DNA of 25,181 bases from Bdellovibrionota bacterium (lineage in GTDB: Bacteria > Bdellovibrionota > UBA1018 > UBA923). The notes beneath the pieces are model-generated. The model was not told the DNA's origin. It saw only the letters and a list, made by a program, of their open reading frames with translations, and did not search any database. Both the position numbers and the translations under genes were made by a program. Positions 23,996 through 25,181 of the stretch are shown here, piece by piece (position 1 is the stretch's first letter; each line of letters begins with the position of its first letter). The DNA is taken from positions 1 to 25,181 of the forward strand of contig JBFMCE010000057.1 in assembly GCA_040754655.1 (NCBI GenBank), given 5' to 3'.

Positions 23996-25181
<1,186 letters not shown>

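Overview
Bacterial chromosomal window. Gene styles suggest Bdellovibrionota or a related deltaproteobacterial lineage; this is an inference, not a database result. Left to right: (1) three translationally coupled, paralogous secreted proteins of an unrecognised family, the first cut by the window edge; (2) a Cys-rich lipoprotein behind a complete-looking sigma54 promoter (-24/-12, IHF-like site, upstream palindromes); (3) smc; (4) a 326-bp convergent intergenic gap almost filled by two unrelated long palindromic elements, one MITE-like and one a 162-bp rod with a perfect 32-bp inverted repeat; (5) a cell-surface cluster: PA14/Ig/FN3 lipoprotein, small outer-membrane beta-barrel, glycine-rich protein with a GCG-TM-basic C-terminal sorting signal, and a TM-FecR-FN3-beta-barrel protein; (6) divergent from that cluster, across a perfect 18-bp palindrome, an overlapping four-gene operon: Cache/HAMP histidine kinase, REC-histidine kinase hybrid, REC-REC-TPR, REC-GGDEF; (7) an ntrY/ntrX-like pair; (8) an archaeal/eukaryote-type proS running off the right edge and absent from the ORF track. 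The best candidate for an undescribed system is a FecR-barrel trans-envelope sensor with no adjacent sigma factor, coupled to a multi-step phosphorelay ending in c-di-GMP synthesis. All domain calls come from motif reading by eye.
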